DNA of 64,000 nucleotides from an uncultured Clostridia bacterium (GTDB lineage: Bacteria > Bacillota > Clostridia > Christensenellales > UBA1242), in the NCBI GenBank assembly GCA_944383335.1, contig CALWPD010000001.1:1901-65900 (forward strand). Direction: 5' to 3'. Numbering within the stretch: position 1 is the stretch's first letter; each line of letters starts with the position of its first letter. The notes beneath the pieces are model-generated. The model ran no database searches. It saw nothing but the letters and a program-made list of their open reading frames with translations, and had not been told where the DNA came from. Below are positions 56,459 to 64,000 of this stretch, in pieces. Both the position numbers and the translations under genes were made by a program.

Positions 56459-57790
56459 TCACTCTCTTTCTTCAGTTAGACAATAAATTCTCTTTGTTAA
56501 TGCATCAACTTTAATTTTATCTGAAATTTCCACGCCCGCAATTATATATACTTCATTGTTTTTGCAAAGTAGTGGAATAAAATCTCTAAGTCTTACAGGG
56601 ACTTTTTTATCTATTAGATAACTTTTCAGTTTTTTTGTTCCACCACTAAACTTTTCGAACACGTCGCCTGCACGCCTAAAACGCCAAATGGCATCTTTTG
56701 GCACTTTATCTGCATCATAATAAAGTTTGTTTGAATCCTTTATACTATTGACTTTTTTAATCATAAGTTTGCCATAATATGGAACAACAAAACTTCCAAG
56801 TTTGTGCTTTTCGCTAAACGTAATTTCTTTCTTTTGTTTGTTTGTGAGTGTTATGTAATCATATTCTTTGTGTAAACTTACTTTAAGTGGTAAATCAATA
56901 CGTTTTCCATTTTCAGCCGTGCTTACAAAATTGATTATCATATCAATATGTTTGCTTTCAATATCCTTGTTGACACCAATAAAACCTAGAGCCCGCATTA
57001 TCATTCGTGAAACTATTGGCTCTGGATATACAAAATACGACAGCGGAATTCGAACTTCCTTATCATTGATTATAAATGCGTCGGTGGGTACTTGAGAGTT
57101 TATATACTCATCATCTTTACTTGCAAGACTGGCAAAATTAAGTATGGAAGTTATTGCATTTGGCCAACGTTTTAAAACAATAGGCATAATCTCATTTCTT
57201 ATGTAGTTTCTATTATACTCATTCTCTTGATTTGTTTCATCTTCACGATATTCAATATCATTATCAAGCACATATTTCCATATAGATTTTTCATCGGTAT
57301 TAAGCATTGGGCGAATAAAAACATTATCACGCATAAGAGTCATACCTTTAAGCCCACTTAAACCACTTCCACGAAACAAATGCATAAGCACTGTTTCGGC
57401 TTGGTCGCTTTGGTGATGTGCTAGTGCAATTTTATCAACGGTGCCACGACTTATTAGTGAATTAAAAACTCCAAACCTAGCTTCTCGCCCAGCACTTTCA
57501 AGAGAAAGTGATTTTTGTTTTGCGAGTGCAGGAACATCCACTTTAAATTTGTATGCCCTTATTCTATTTTTTTTGCAATAGTCCATCACAAACATGGCAT
57601 CAAGTGCACTGTTTTCACGGATTGAATGGTCAATGGTGATTGCAACAACTTCAAAACCTAATTCATATGAAATCGAATTTAGATAATGCAAAAGTGCCAT
57701 ACTGTCCTTCCCACCGCTCACACCAACTCCGATAACATCTCCTTCTTTTATCAAATGATTTTCTTCTATTAATTTTTTAATATTTTCCAT
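56459..57790 (-). CDS. tilS: tRNA(Ile)-lysidine synthetase
   Basis: GVGVSGGKDSMAL PP-loop and AHHQSDQAETVLMHLFRGSG. Start at ATG 57790. Confidence 0.9.
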   Translation of the reverse strand: MENIKKLIEENHLIKEGDVIGVGVSGGKDSMALLHYLNSISYELGFEVVAITIDHSIRENSALDAMFVMDYCKKNRIRAYKFKVDVPALAKQKSLSLESAGREARFGVFNSLISRGTVDKIALAHHQSDQAETVLMHLFRGSGLSGLKGMTLMRDNVFIRPMLNTDEKSIWKYVLDNDIEYREDETNQENEYNRNYIRNEIMPIVLKRWPNAITSILNFASLASKDDEYINSQVPTDAFIINDKEVRIPLSYFVYPEPIVSRMIMRALGFIGVNKDIESKHIDMIINFVSTAENGKRIDLPLKVSLHKEYDYITLTNKQKKEITFSEKHKLGSFVVPYYGKLMIKKVNSIKDSNKLYYDADKVPKDAIWRFRRAGDVFEKFSGGTKKLKSYLIDKKVPVRLRDFIPLLCKNNEVYIIAGVEISDKIKVDALTKRIYCLTEERE

Positions 57791-58099
57791 GATAATTCCT
57801 TTAAAATTAATATACACCACATTGTGTAAGATTTCAAGATTATGTATAAATAAATCAATTCACTTTTAAAAAAAATTTAGTATTTTATATAATTTTTTTA
57901 ATTTTTTTTGGTTTTTTTAATAATATTTAAAAATAATAGCCATACACATTATTGTAAGACAAATAACAATTATGACAAAAGACCAAATCATATGCTTCAT
58001 ATGTATATAGTATACTAACCATAGATTAAAGTCAATTCAAAAACAAGTTGCAATTACTATTTTTTTTTGATATACTATAAAAAATAGGGAGTTGTGGAT

Positions 58100-58678
58100 A
58101 TGGGTATAAAAAATAACAATGTTCTTTCAAGAGATCAAATTACAGCCCTCAATATCATAAAACAATATGGGTATGAGAAATTTATTTCCAAACTTGGAGA
58201 AAATGGCGGATACATTACAAAAGAAAAAGTTAACATCCTTTCTCCATCCAAAAAAACTTATTTTGTGCCTGTTTATGTTTCACCAGAATTTGCGATGCAG
58301 GTCATAAACCGCAAAAAACTATACGATTTTTATTCTCAGTTAAGGCAATATGAAAATAGTGTCGTTGATTTAAAGCAACAGCAACTTGCAAGTGATTATG
58401 CACACATCATAAAAAAGGTTCAAAACATATGTTTGCAACTTAAAGATGATGAAGCGGTTTATGAATTCATATCCTATTTAACTAAAAAGTTTGAAAGCGA
58501 TATATCTCTGGAGATTGTGGTAAATAAGCCATCAATATTTAGCCATGTTCCTCCTGACTATAGGTGGAATGTTAAATTAATAACTCCGCCACTCAAAAAG
58601 GACTTAAGATACATGAGTGCACAGTTAAAACACATTCAAACTTTGCTTGAACAAAATAATCAAAGCACATTATTATGA
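58100..58678 (+). CDS. hypothetical protein
   Basis: 192-aa ORF with SD GGGAG 8 nt upstream of ATG 58100. No family recognised. Confidence 0.45.
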   Translation: MGIKNNNVLSRDQITALNIIKQYGYEKFISKLGENGGYITKEKVNILSPSKKTYFVPVYVSPEFAMQVINRKKLYDFYSQLRQYENSVVDLKQQQLASDYAHIIKKVQNICLQLKDDEAVYEFISYLTKKFESDISLEIVVNKPSIFSHVPPDYRWNVKLITPPLKKDLRYMSAQLKHIQTLLEQNNQSTLL

Positions 58679-58812
58679 AAAAATGGACCTTTCTTTTCAA
58701 GGTCCATTTTTATATATCACATTATATCAAACTCAGAATAACTTAATAAGGTTTATATTCTTTAATGGTCTACGCCAAGAAGTGTGTAACTTGAAATCGC
58801 CCAAATTGCATT

Positions 58813-59871
58813 TCAACTGCACAATTTAGAATTAATATCGTATAAATTTAAAACACTTTGATTCGAAAATGATAAAATTTTATTGGCATATGCGAATTTT
58901 TGTGGGTCGTCTTGCGAGAAAACTTCGATATCATAGTTGCAATTTTTAAATTCAACAAAATTTACATTATCCAAACTTGTATAAAAACACTGCAAGTCGT
59001 TTTGATAGTAAGTGTAAATTTGCAAAAATCTATCAAGTTCTTCCACCGTTGCCGTTTTAGAATTTTTGTCTGCAATCTCCATTTGTGAGTAACTATTTAA
59101 TGTTGTAAAAAATTTATCCGTACTTAAATTTGTATACTCGCCATCAAAAGCGTTTAAATATTCAATGGCTGGGGTTATGGTTGCGACAACGCTTTTTAAG
59201 TTTGCCAAGTTCTTTTGATTTCGTATTACCGTGTCGTTAAGTTCTAAGTAATTTCCATCTGTACCTTTAAAAGAATCAAAAGTCTGATAAATATATTTTT
59301 CACATATTGATATAAACATATTATCAAGTTTTATAATCTCTTGACAAAGGTCAATTAAACTGCGCTTATAATCTTTAAGACTTTGCATAGAGATAATTCC
59401 AAAAGGCTCTGAAGTGATGACTGTGATATCAAGTTCGTGTAAAACGTCGTTAAAAACATCAAACTGTGCATTGGTTATATCTATCTGATTTTCAAAATCT
59501 TTATATTCTTGTTCCACATCTGCGGTGATTTTTGTTGGAGCAACACTCAACGAATTGCTAAAAGCTTGCAAAAAGTGAAATGATGCAATGAATATAGAGT
59601 CATAAACAGTTTCAAGTTCGGTGTATCTTTGAGCATTTGAATGTGTCAGTCCCTGTCGTTTGATTGATTGCAATATTGAAGATATGTTGTCTTCATACAT
59701 AACGCCACCTGAATAGTCAGAATTTAAGCAAAGCGACTGAACAAACTCATTAAATTTTGCATTGGTGTTGTAGTAAAAATTGGCATCAACTTTTTCATCA
59801 CAACCCATCAAGTTCAAACTGACAACAAATAATAAAACAAAAATTGAAAATATTTTCTTTATTTTTTGCAT
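58813..59871 (-). CDS. hypothetical lipoprotein (helical, N/Y/F-rich)
   Basis: Lipobox LNLMGC|DE. No family recognised. Confidence 0.5.
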   Translation of the reverse strand: MQKIKKIFSIFVLLFVVSLNLMGCDEKVDANFYYNTNAKFNEFVQSLCLNSDYSGGVMYEDNISSILQSIKRQGLTHSNAQRYTELETVYDSIFIASFHFLQAFSNSLSVAPTKITADVEQEYKDFENQIDITNAQFDVFNDVLHELDITVITSEPFGIISMQSLKDYKRSLIDLCQEIIKLDNMFISICEKYIYQTFDSFKGTDGNYLELNDTVIRNQKNLANLKSVVATITPAIEYLNAFDGEYTNLSTDKFFTTLNSYSQMEIADKNSKTATVEELDRFLQIYTYYQNDLQCFYTSLDNVNFVEFKNCNYDIEVFSQDDPQKFAYANKILSFSNQSVLNLYDINSKLCS

Positions 59872-59883
59872 TTTTTCTCCTTA

Positions 59884-60849
59884 TTAGACTAAATAATAAT
59901 TATTTTTTAATGCAACTGCGCTGGTTTTTTGTTCTCCATCAAGCGAAGATATATAATCATCGAAAGTATTTTTTGAAAGATTATTTATTATATCGTCGAA
60001 ATTAAGAATCAAAAAATTCGAAAATAATGCATCATAAAAATCACTATTTTTAATATAAGTTGAATCATTTAAAATAATGGAATTATTAAAGTCTGTCAAA
60101 TGACCTATCGCCGTACTCAATGTATTTTGTTCAATATCTAAGGTTGAATAGTTTATGCAAATAGCATTTGCCCAGTAATATAGCGATTTGATATTATACT
60201 TTGTTAGTGGGTTTATGGTAAAGGTGTCAATTAGATAGTTTGTTGTTATATCCGAAATAAGTTTATAATATTTAGTGAGATTGCTAGAAAAATTAATATA
60301 ATATTTGTAATAATTTTGCACATATCTAAATATCGCATTATCATCAGGATATTTTTGAATTGCACTTTGTGTTAAATATTGATTAATGTAAGTTTTACAA
60401 TCCGCGCTTGATTTTAAAATAATTTCTTTCATTTCACTTATTTCACGCTGAAGAGAAAGCATATTACCATCTTTGTCCTGCGTAAAAAGCAAATTTTCAA
60501 GCAAAAAATTATTTTGACTTAACACTGTCTGTATGACCATGTTTAAATCTTTAAATGTCTGTTTTACAGTTTGATAATTTTCGCTGCTAACATTTGTTAA
60601 ATCTTGCAAAGCATTATAAACATTAAAGTTTTGGTTTATTACATAGTTGAAATCATCATTATGAACTAACGAATATGTGTCGTTATATGGCGCATCTAAG
60701 TCAACTCTTGGTTTAAAAATAAAATAACAACCTACTGCAATGGCAACAATAAGCAATATGGAAATTGCTATAACAATAAATTTTTTATTAAAAAATCCAG
60801 ATTTAGCCACTCTAGAAACTCCTTGGGTGTAGTTTAACATAAATTCCAA
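59884..60849 (-). CDS. hypothetical membrane-anchored protein (helical, N/Y-rich)
   Basis: One TM helix (FIVIAISILLIVAIAVGCYFIF). Lies in tandem with the preceding lipoprotein gene (12-nt gap). Confidence 0.5.
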   Translation of the reverse strand: MEFMLNYTQGVSRVAKSGFFNKKFIVIAISILLIVAIAVGCYFIFKPRVDLDAPYNDTYSLVHNDDFNYVINQNFNVYNALQDLTNVSSENYQTVKQTFKDLNMVIQTVLSQNNFLLENLLFTQDKDGNMLSLQREISEMKEIILKSSADCKTYINQYLTQSAIQKYPDDNAIFRYVQNYYKYYINFSSNLTKYYKLISDITTNYLIDTFTINPLTKYNIKSLYYWANAICINYSTLDIEQNTLSTAIGHLTDFNNSIILNDSTYIKNSDFYDALFSNFLILNFDDIINNLSKNTFDDYISSLDGEQKTSAVALKNNYYLV

Positions 60850-60936
60850 GCAAAATCAACAAGATAAAAAATAATATAATTTGCAAAACGCATATTGTTG
60901 CATTAATTTATTTTTTGTTGTATACTTAATACAATT

Positions 60937-62157
60937 ATGCTTCCTAATGAGATTAGAAAAAATTTAAAAATAAGAAAACTTTCAATAGAAAATATTGAAC
61001 AATTTAACGCACTTTTGAAATATTCATTTCAGGTTAGTATGGGTGAGCTCAGTTCCATTGGTTGGAGCGAAAATGGAATCAAAAAATCTAAATCACCCAT
61101 TTTAAAAAAGGCAACTGTTTTTGGTTGGTTTGATAAAAATCAACTAATTTCACAAATTTGCATCTACCCGATGACAGTCAACATATTTGGCACAATGTAT
61201 AAAATGGGCGGAGTAACAGGTGTTGGCACCTACCCCGAATATGCCGGCAATGGTCTAATGCTTGAACTTATGAAGAAAAGTTTGCAAGTTATGAAAAGAA
61301 AGGGGCAAACAATATCCTTTCTTTACCCTTACTCAATACCTTATTATAGGAAAAAAGGTTGGGAGATTGTTTCTGATAAGATGACATATACAATAAAGGA
61401 CACTCAACTCCCTAAAAGGCATGATGTACCTGGAATGGTGAAGCGTGTTCGAGAAAATAGTTTAGACTTAAAACGTCTTCACAATGAATTTGCCATGTAT
61501 CGACATGGCGCAATACTTAGATATAACCTTGAATGGGACGAGTATTGGCGCTGGGAGGGTGATGATATCTTAGTTGCAATATATTATGATGTAAACAACA
61601 AGCCAACGGGATATTTGGTTTACTACCTAGTGGATGAGATATTTAAAATCAAAGAATTTGTATATCTAACTCAAGAGGCAAGACACGGCCTTTGGAACTA
61701 CATTTCAGCACACTTCTCCATGATAAACAAAGTACAAGGTTTAAACTACACAAATGAGCCACTTGCTTTTTTGCTTGAGGATAGCGAAATTAGTGAATCG
61801 ATTGAACCTTATATAATGGCTAGGATTGTCGATTTTGAGGGATTTATAAAAAAATTTCCATTTAAAGATGTTTCATCAAGGACACTGCATTTTGTTATTG
61901 ATGACCCCATCATGGAATGTAACAATGGAAACTTCTCGGTAACATGGGATGATGACGAAAACGTGGTTATTACCAAAGGCGGAACAGAAGGTGAACTTGT
62001 AAAGGCGTCAATTCAAACTCTCGTGGCCATGTTTATGGGATATAAAAGGCCTACATATCTTGCAAGAATTGAAAGGCTTGAAGCAAACAAACGAACGCTT
62101 ACATATCTAGAAAAAATAATCCCTAATGAACAACCTTATTTCTCTGACTACTTTTAA
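60937..62157 (+). CDS. Eis-like GNAT N-acetyltransferase with C-terminal SCP2-like domain
   Basis: 406 aa. GGVTGVGTYPEYAGNGLMLELMKKSL is GNAT motif A. The length and three-domain layout are typical of Eis-family enzymes. Confidence 0.75.
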   Translation: MLPNEIRKNLKIRKLSIENIEQFNALLKYSFQVSMGELSSIGWSENGIKKSKSPILKKATVFGWFDKNQLISQICIYPMTVNIFGTMYKMGGVTGVGTYPEYAGNGLMLELMKKSLQVMKRKGQTISFLYPYSIPYYRKKGWEIVSDKMTYTIKDTQLPKRHDVPGMVKRVRENSLDLKRLHNEFAMYRHGAILRYNLEWDEYWRWEGDDILVAIYYDVNNKPTGYLVYYLVDEIFKIKEFVYLTQEARHGLWNYISAHFSMINKVQGLNYTNEPLAFLLEDSEISESIEPYIMARIVDFEGFIKKFPFKDVSSRTLHFVIDDPIMECNNGNFSVTWDDDENVVITKGGTEGELVKASIQTLVAMFMGYKRPTYLARIERLEANKRTLTYLEKIIPNEQPYFSDYF

Positions 62158-62174
62158 TAAAAATCCACCAGCCT

Positions 62175-62223
62175 AGTGAAGTGAACCTCTTTTTTGCAAT
62201 GCAAAAATGGGGTTCACTTCACT
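62175..62223. repeat. 49-nt near-perfect palindrome immediately after the GNAT gene
   Basis: agtgaagtgaacc tc tttttgca a tgcaaaaa tg ggttcacttcact: 23 positions per arm with 1 mismatch and 1 G.T. No U-tract follows on either strand. Confidence 0.8.
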
Positions 62224-62701
62224 ATCCCGGGGTTTTCTACAATACAAAAGCAGAGAACAATTTCCTTGGCCGTGTCCGTTTTTATCGCACTTTCGTTTTA
62301 CGAGAGTGCATTTGTTTATTAAGTTTTTTGTTAAACGTATACTGCAAAGCCGAGCCACTTGTATTAACCAAGCACACACCTATTGCAAAAATTGACTTTC
62401 AATGTATTTGCCTCTTTAAAACATATCTTAAAAGTGCTAGTATTTAATTTACACTCAAAAGATTTAATTTGAAGACCCTCACTTATTAAACTTTTAATTT
62501 ACTTTAAATTTCTTTGTTAAAGTTGATAATTTTGATTGTATTTAAAAAAATAAATTGACCATACCGTAATAAAAAGGCAGTGTTTCTAGTCTATAAAGTG
62601 TAAAAAGTTTTATGTTTTATTCATATTCTTCTAGCACAAAATCTTTATTTTCATATTCTAAAATTTGACTATGAATAATTTGTAATTTACTTTAATTTTT
62701 A

Positions 62702-63172
62702 TTATGGTATTAATGATATGTAATCAATACTATTTCTTACTGTATCCCAAATCCCTACTTTCATTTTTTTAATCTTTTTACTATTACCAAAATCTAATAG
62801 ATCTTCTCTTCCAAATGTTTTTAAGATTTTATTTAATGAACCTAAACTCTCAGAAGTAAGTAAAAAAGCTTCCTCTGGATCAATTAATTTACAATATGCC
62901 CATAATTGTCCCAAATCTCTTAAAGTCAGTTTAGTAACCTTAGCTTCAATAAAAAACAATTTGTATTCTTTATCTTTCTTTACAATACCCAGAACATCGA
63001 TTTGAATATCTACACCAGTAGCTAAATCATTAATTATTCCATGCTTATACAAAACACGATCTAATCGTTGAGAATGTGCATCTTCTACTATAACTTCCCA
63101 GTTTTTATATTTTCCACTTAAATATTGTTTCAACCATATAGTCATGGGGTTATATAAATCAAATTCTTTCAT
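62702..63172 (-). CDS. PD-(D/E)xK nuclease-fold protein (hypothetical)
   Basis: GVDIQIDVLGIV...YKLFFIEAKV fits the D-x(n)-(D/E)-x-K restriction-endonuclease-like motif spacing. 3-nt gap to the upstream gene. Confidence 0.5.
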   Translation of the reverse strand: MKEFDLYNPMTIWLKQYLSGKYKNWEVIVEDAHSQRLDRVLYKHGIINDLATGVDIQIDVLGIVKKDKEYKLFFIEAKVTKLTLRDLGQLWAYCKLIDPEEAFLLTSESLGSLNKILKTFGREDLLDFGNSKKIKKMKVGIWDTVRNSIDYISLIP

Positions 63173-63175
63173 TTT

Positions 63176-64000
63176 TTATTCCTCATATCCAAGATCCTTA
63201 GCAATATCCTGCCAACAATCATAATGTTTTCCTCTAATCTCTGGTGGTATTGAAACATCATTTTCACTAGGATGCCTTTGTCTAATTTTTGTTATTTTTC
63301 TCTTTTCCCAATAGAATCTATGGGTTATATCAGCAATGTTTTTGCCTGAAAAAGCATAATAATTAGACATTTCATTCGCATATCGATTTAGCGCATTATT
63401 CTTATGAATAACAGTGAAACCAATTGGCAAAAATTCATTAGCCGTAATTTTTATTTGATGTTCTTTTTTCCAAAAGTTTGGATTTCCCTCATTGTATTTT
63501 ACCAACTTTCCATCTCTCATATTTGGATGCGCCCAATCAATAGTGTGAACAGGTATGTCCAAAATTTTAAGTAAATTGCATATTTCTGCAACTACATACC
63601 AGTTGTGCATAATTTCTATATAAACACGATGAGTTATTCCATCAATATAACAATTACTTTTCCTTATGTATGCTGTAACATCACAAAAACCTCTTAAGAA
63701 ATATAGAATCTCATCATGGGGTGCAGTGTAAAAATATTGAGGAACTCTCATTGTCTCAAAAGTTCTTTCATTTTGACACATACGCATAATTTCAGTTATC
63801 AAATAATCAGAGTTTTGTTTCTCAAAATAAATAGTAGAAACTCTATCATTTTGCGTATGGTTTAGTGTTGTGCCAATTGTTTGTTCTAAGGCGGACTTAA
63901 TATCCGCAATACTCGCTTTAACATAAATTTTTACATCATTGCCATCATCTGTTTTTTCATTTTTGTGTGGAATATTAATTAAGATTTTTGTTGTTGAATT
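63176..64000 (-). CDS. LAGLIDADG-like domain protein (partial; N-terminus beyond window end)
   Basis: ILYFLRGFCDVTAYIRKS...HRVYIEIMHNWYVVAEICNLLKILDIPVH...IKITANEFLPIGF resembles one LAGLIDADG homing-endonuclease fold unit. By manual translation the frame stays open upstream of the track start (TTG 63802) to position 64000 (...NSTTKILINIPHKNEKTDDGNDVKIYVKASIADIKSALEQTIG...). Confidence 0.5.
   Translation of the reverse strand, partial: NSTTKILINIPHKNEKTDDGNDVKIYVKASIADIKSALEQTIGTTLNHTQNDRVSTIYFEKQNSDYLITEIMRMCQNERTFETMRVPQYFYTAPHDEILYFLRGFCDVTAYIRKSNCYIDGITHRVYIEIMHNWYVVAEICNLLKILDIPVHTIDWAHPNMRDGKLVKYNEGNPNFWKKEHQIKITANEFLPIGFTVIHKNNALNRYANEMSNYYAFSGKNIADITHRFYWEKRKITKIRQRHPSENDVSIPPEIRGKHYDCWQDIAKDLGYEE

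Noticed and set aside
57917-58000. 27-aa hydrophobic mini-ORF (MKHMIWSFVIIVICLTIMCMAIIFKYY) on the minus strand upstream of tilS, possible type I toxin-like peptide
   Set aside because: There is no SD sequence and no flanking antisense-RNA-like structure visible. AT-rich spacers readily generate such ORFs. It is kept only as a note.
62158-62460. Considered tmRNA, tRNA, RNase P or 6S RNA in the G+C-richer patch
   Set aside because: There is no tRNA-like acceptor/T-arm (no GGTTCGAATCC-type box or CCA end), no tmRNA 5' GGGG...tag reading frame, and no long end-to-end helix. The hairpins are local.

Overview
Low-GC (roughly 30%) Firmicutes/Clostridia-like chromosomal segment from an endospore former. 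It carries about 60 protein genes, more than 85% of them on the minus strand and often translationally coupled through 1-35 nt overlaps.

Recognisable content:
- gerA-type germinant receptor operon (C subunit runs off the window start)
- mscL and yabP-yabQ-divIC
- a degenerate Rho paralog
- ypeB-sleB and spoIIR
- a five-gene asd-dapA-dapB-ask-ATP-grasp operon
- veg and a SipL/DUF3794-LysM-like gene
- the str operon core (rpsL-rpsG-fusA-tuf)
- a CaCA antiporter, uvrC, a phosphosugar mutase, rmuC, cca and an MFS/GPH transporter
- a four-gene surface-lipoprotein/ABC cluster
- tlyA, rpsF-ssb-rpsR, hsp20, dapL-dapF and a YitT-family gene
- orphan hicB-like and ku genes
- a coiled-coil repeat protein
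- mnmA, a TM2 protein, tilS and an Eis-like GNAT
- at the window end, a PD-(D/E)xK nuclease-like gene paired with a LAGLIDADG-like gene that runs off the window

I found no rRNA, tRNA, CRISPR array, transposase or complete recognisable defence system.

The most unusual content is non-coding. A family of visibly G+C-richer mosaic repeats sits in three intergenic loci: tuf-fusA, fusA-rpsG and upstream of the MFS gene. The family is built around a conserved hairpin core present in 7 copies, all in the same orientation and all antisense to the flanking genes. The core shows compensatory base changes, a conserved tandem G.A/A.G motif and G.T wobbles that only pair on the plus strand.

All protein calls rest on motif recognition from memory plus gene order. 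No database search was possible.
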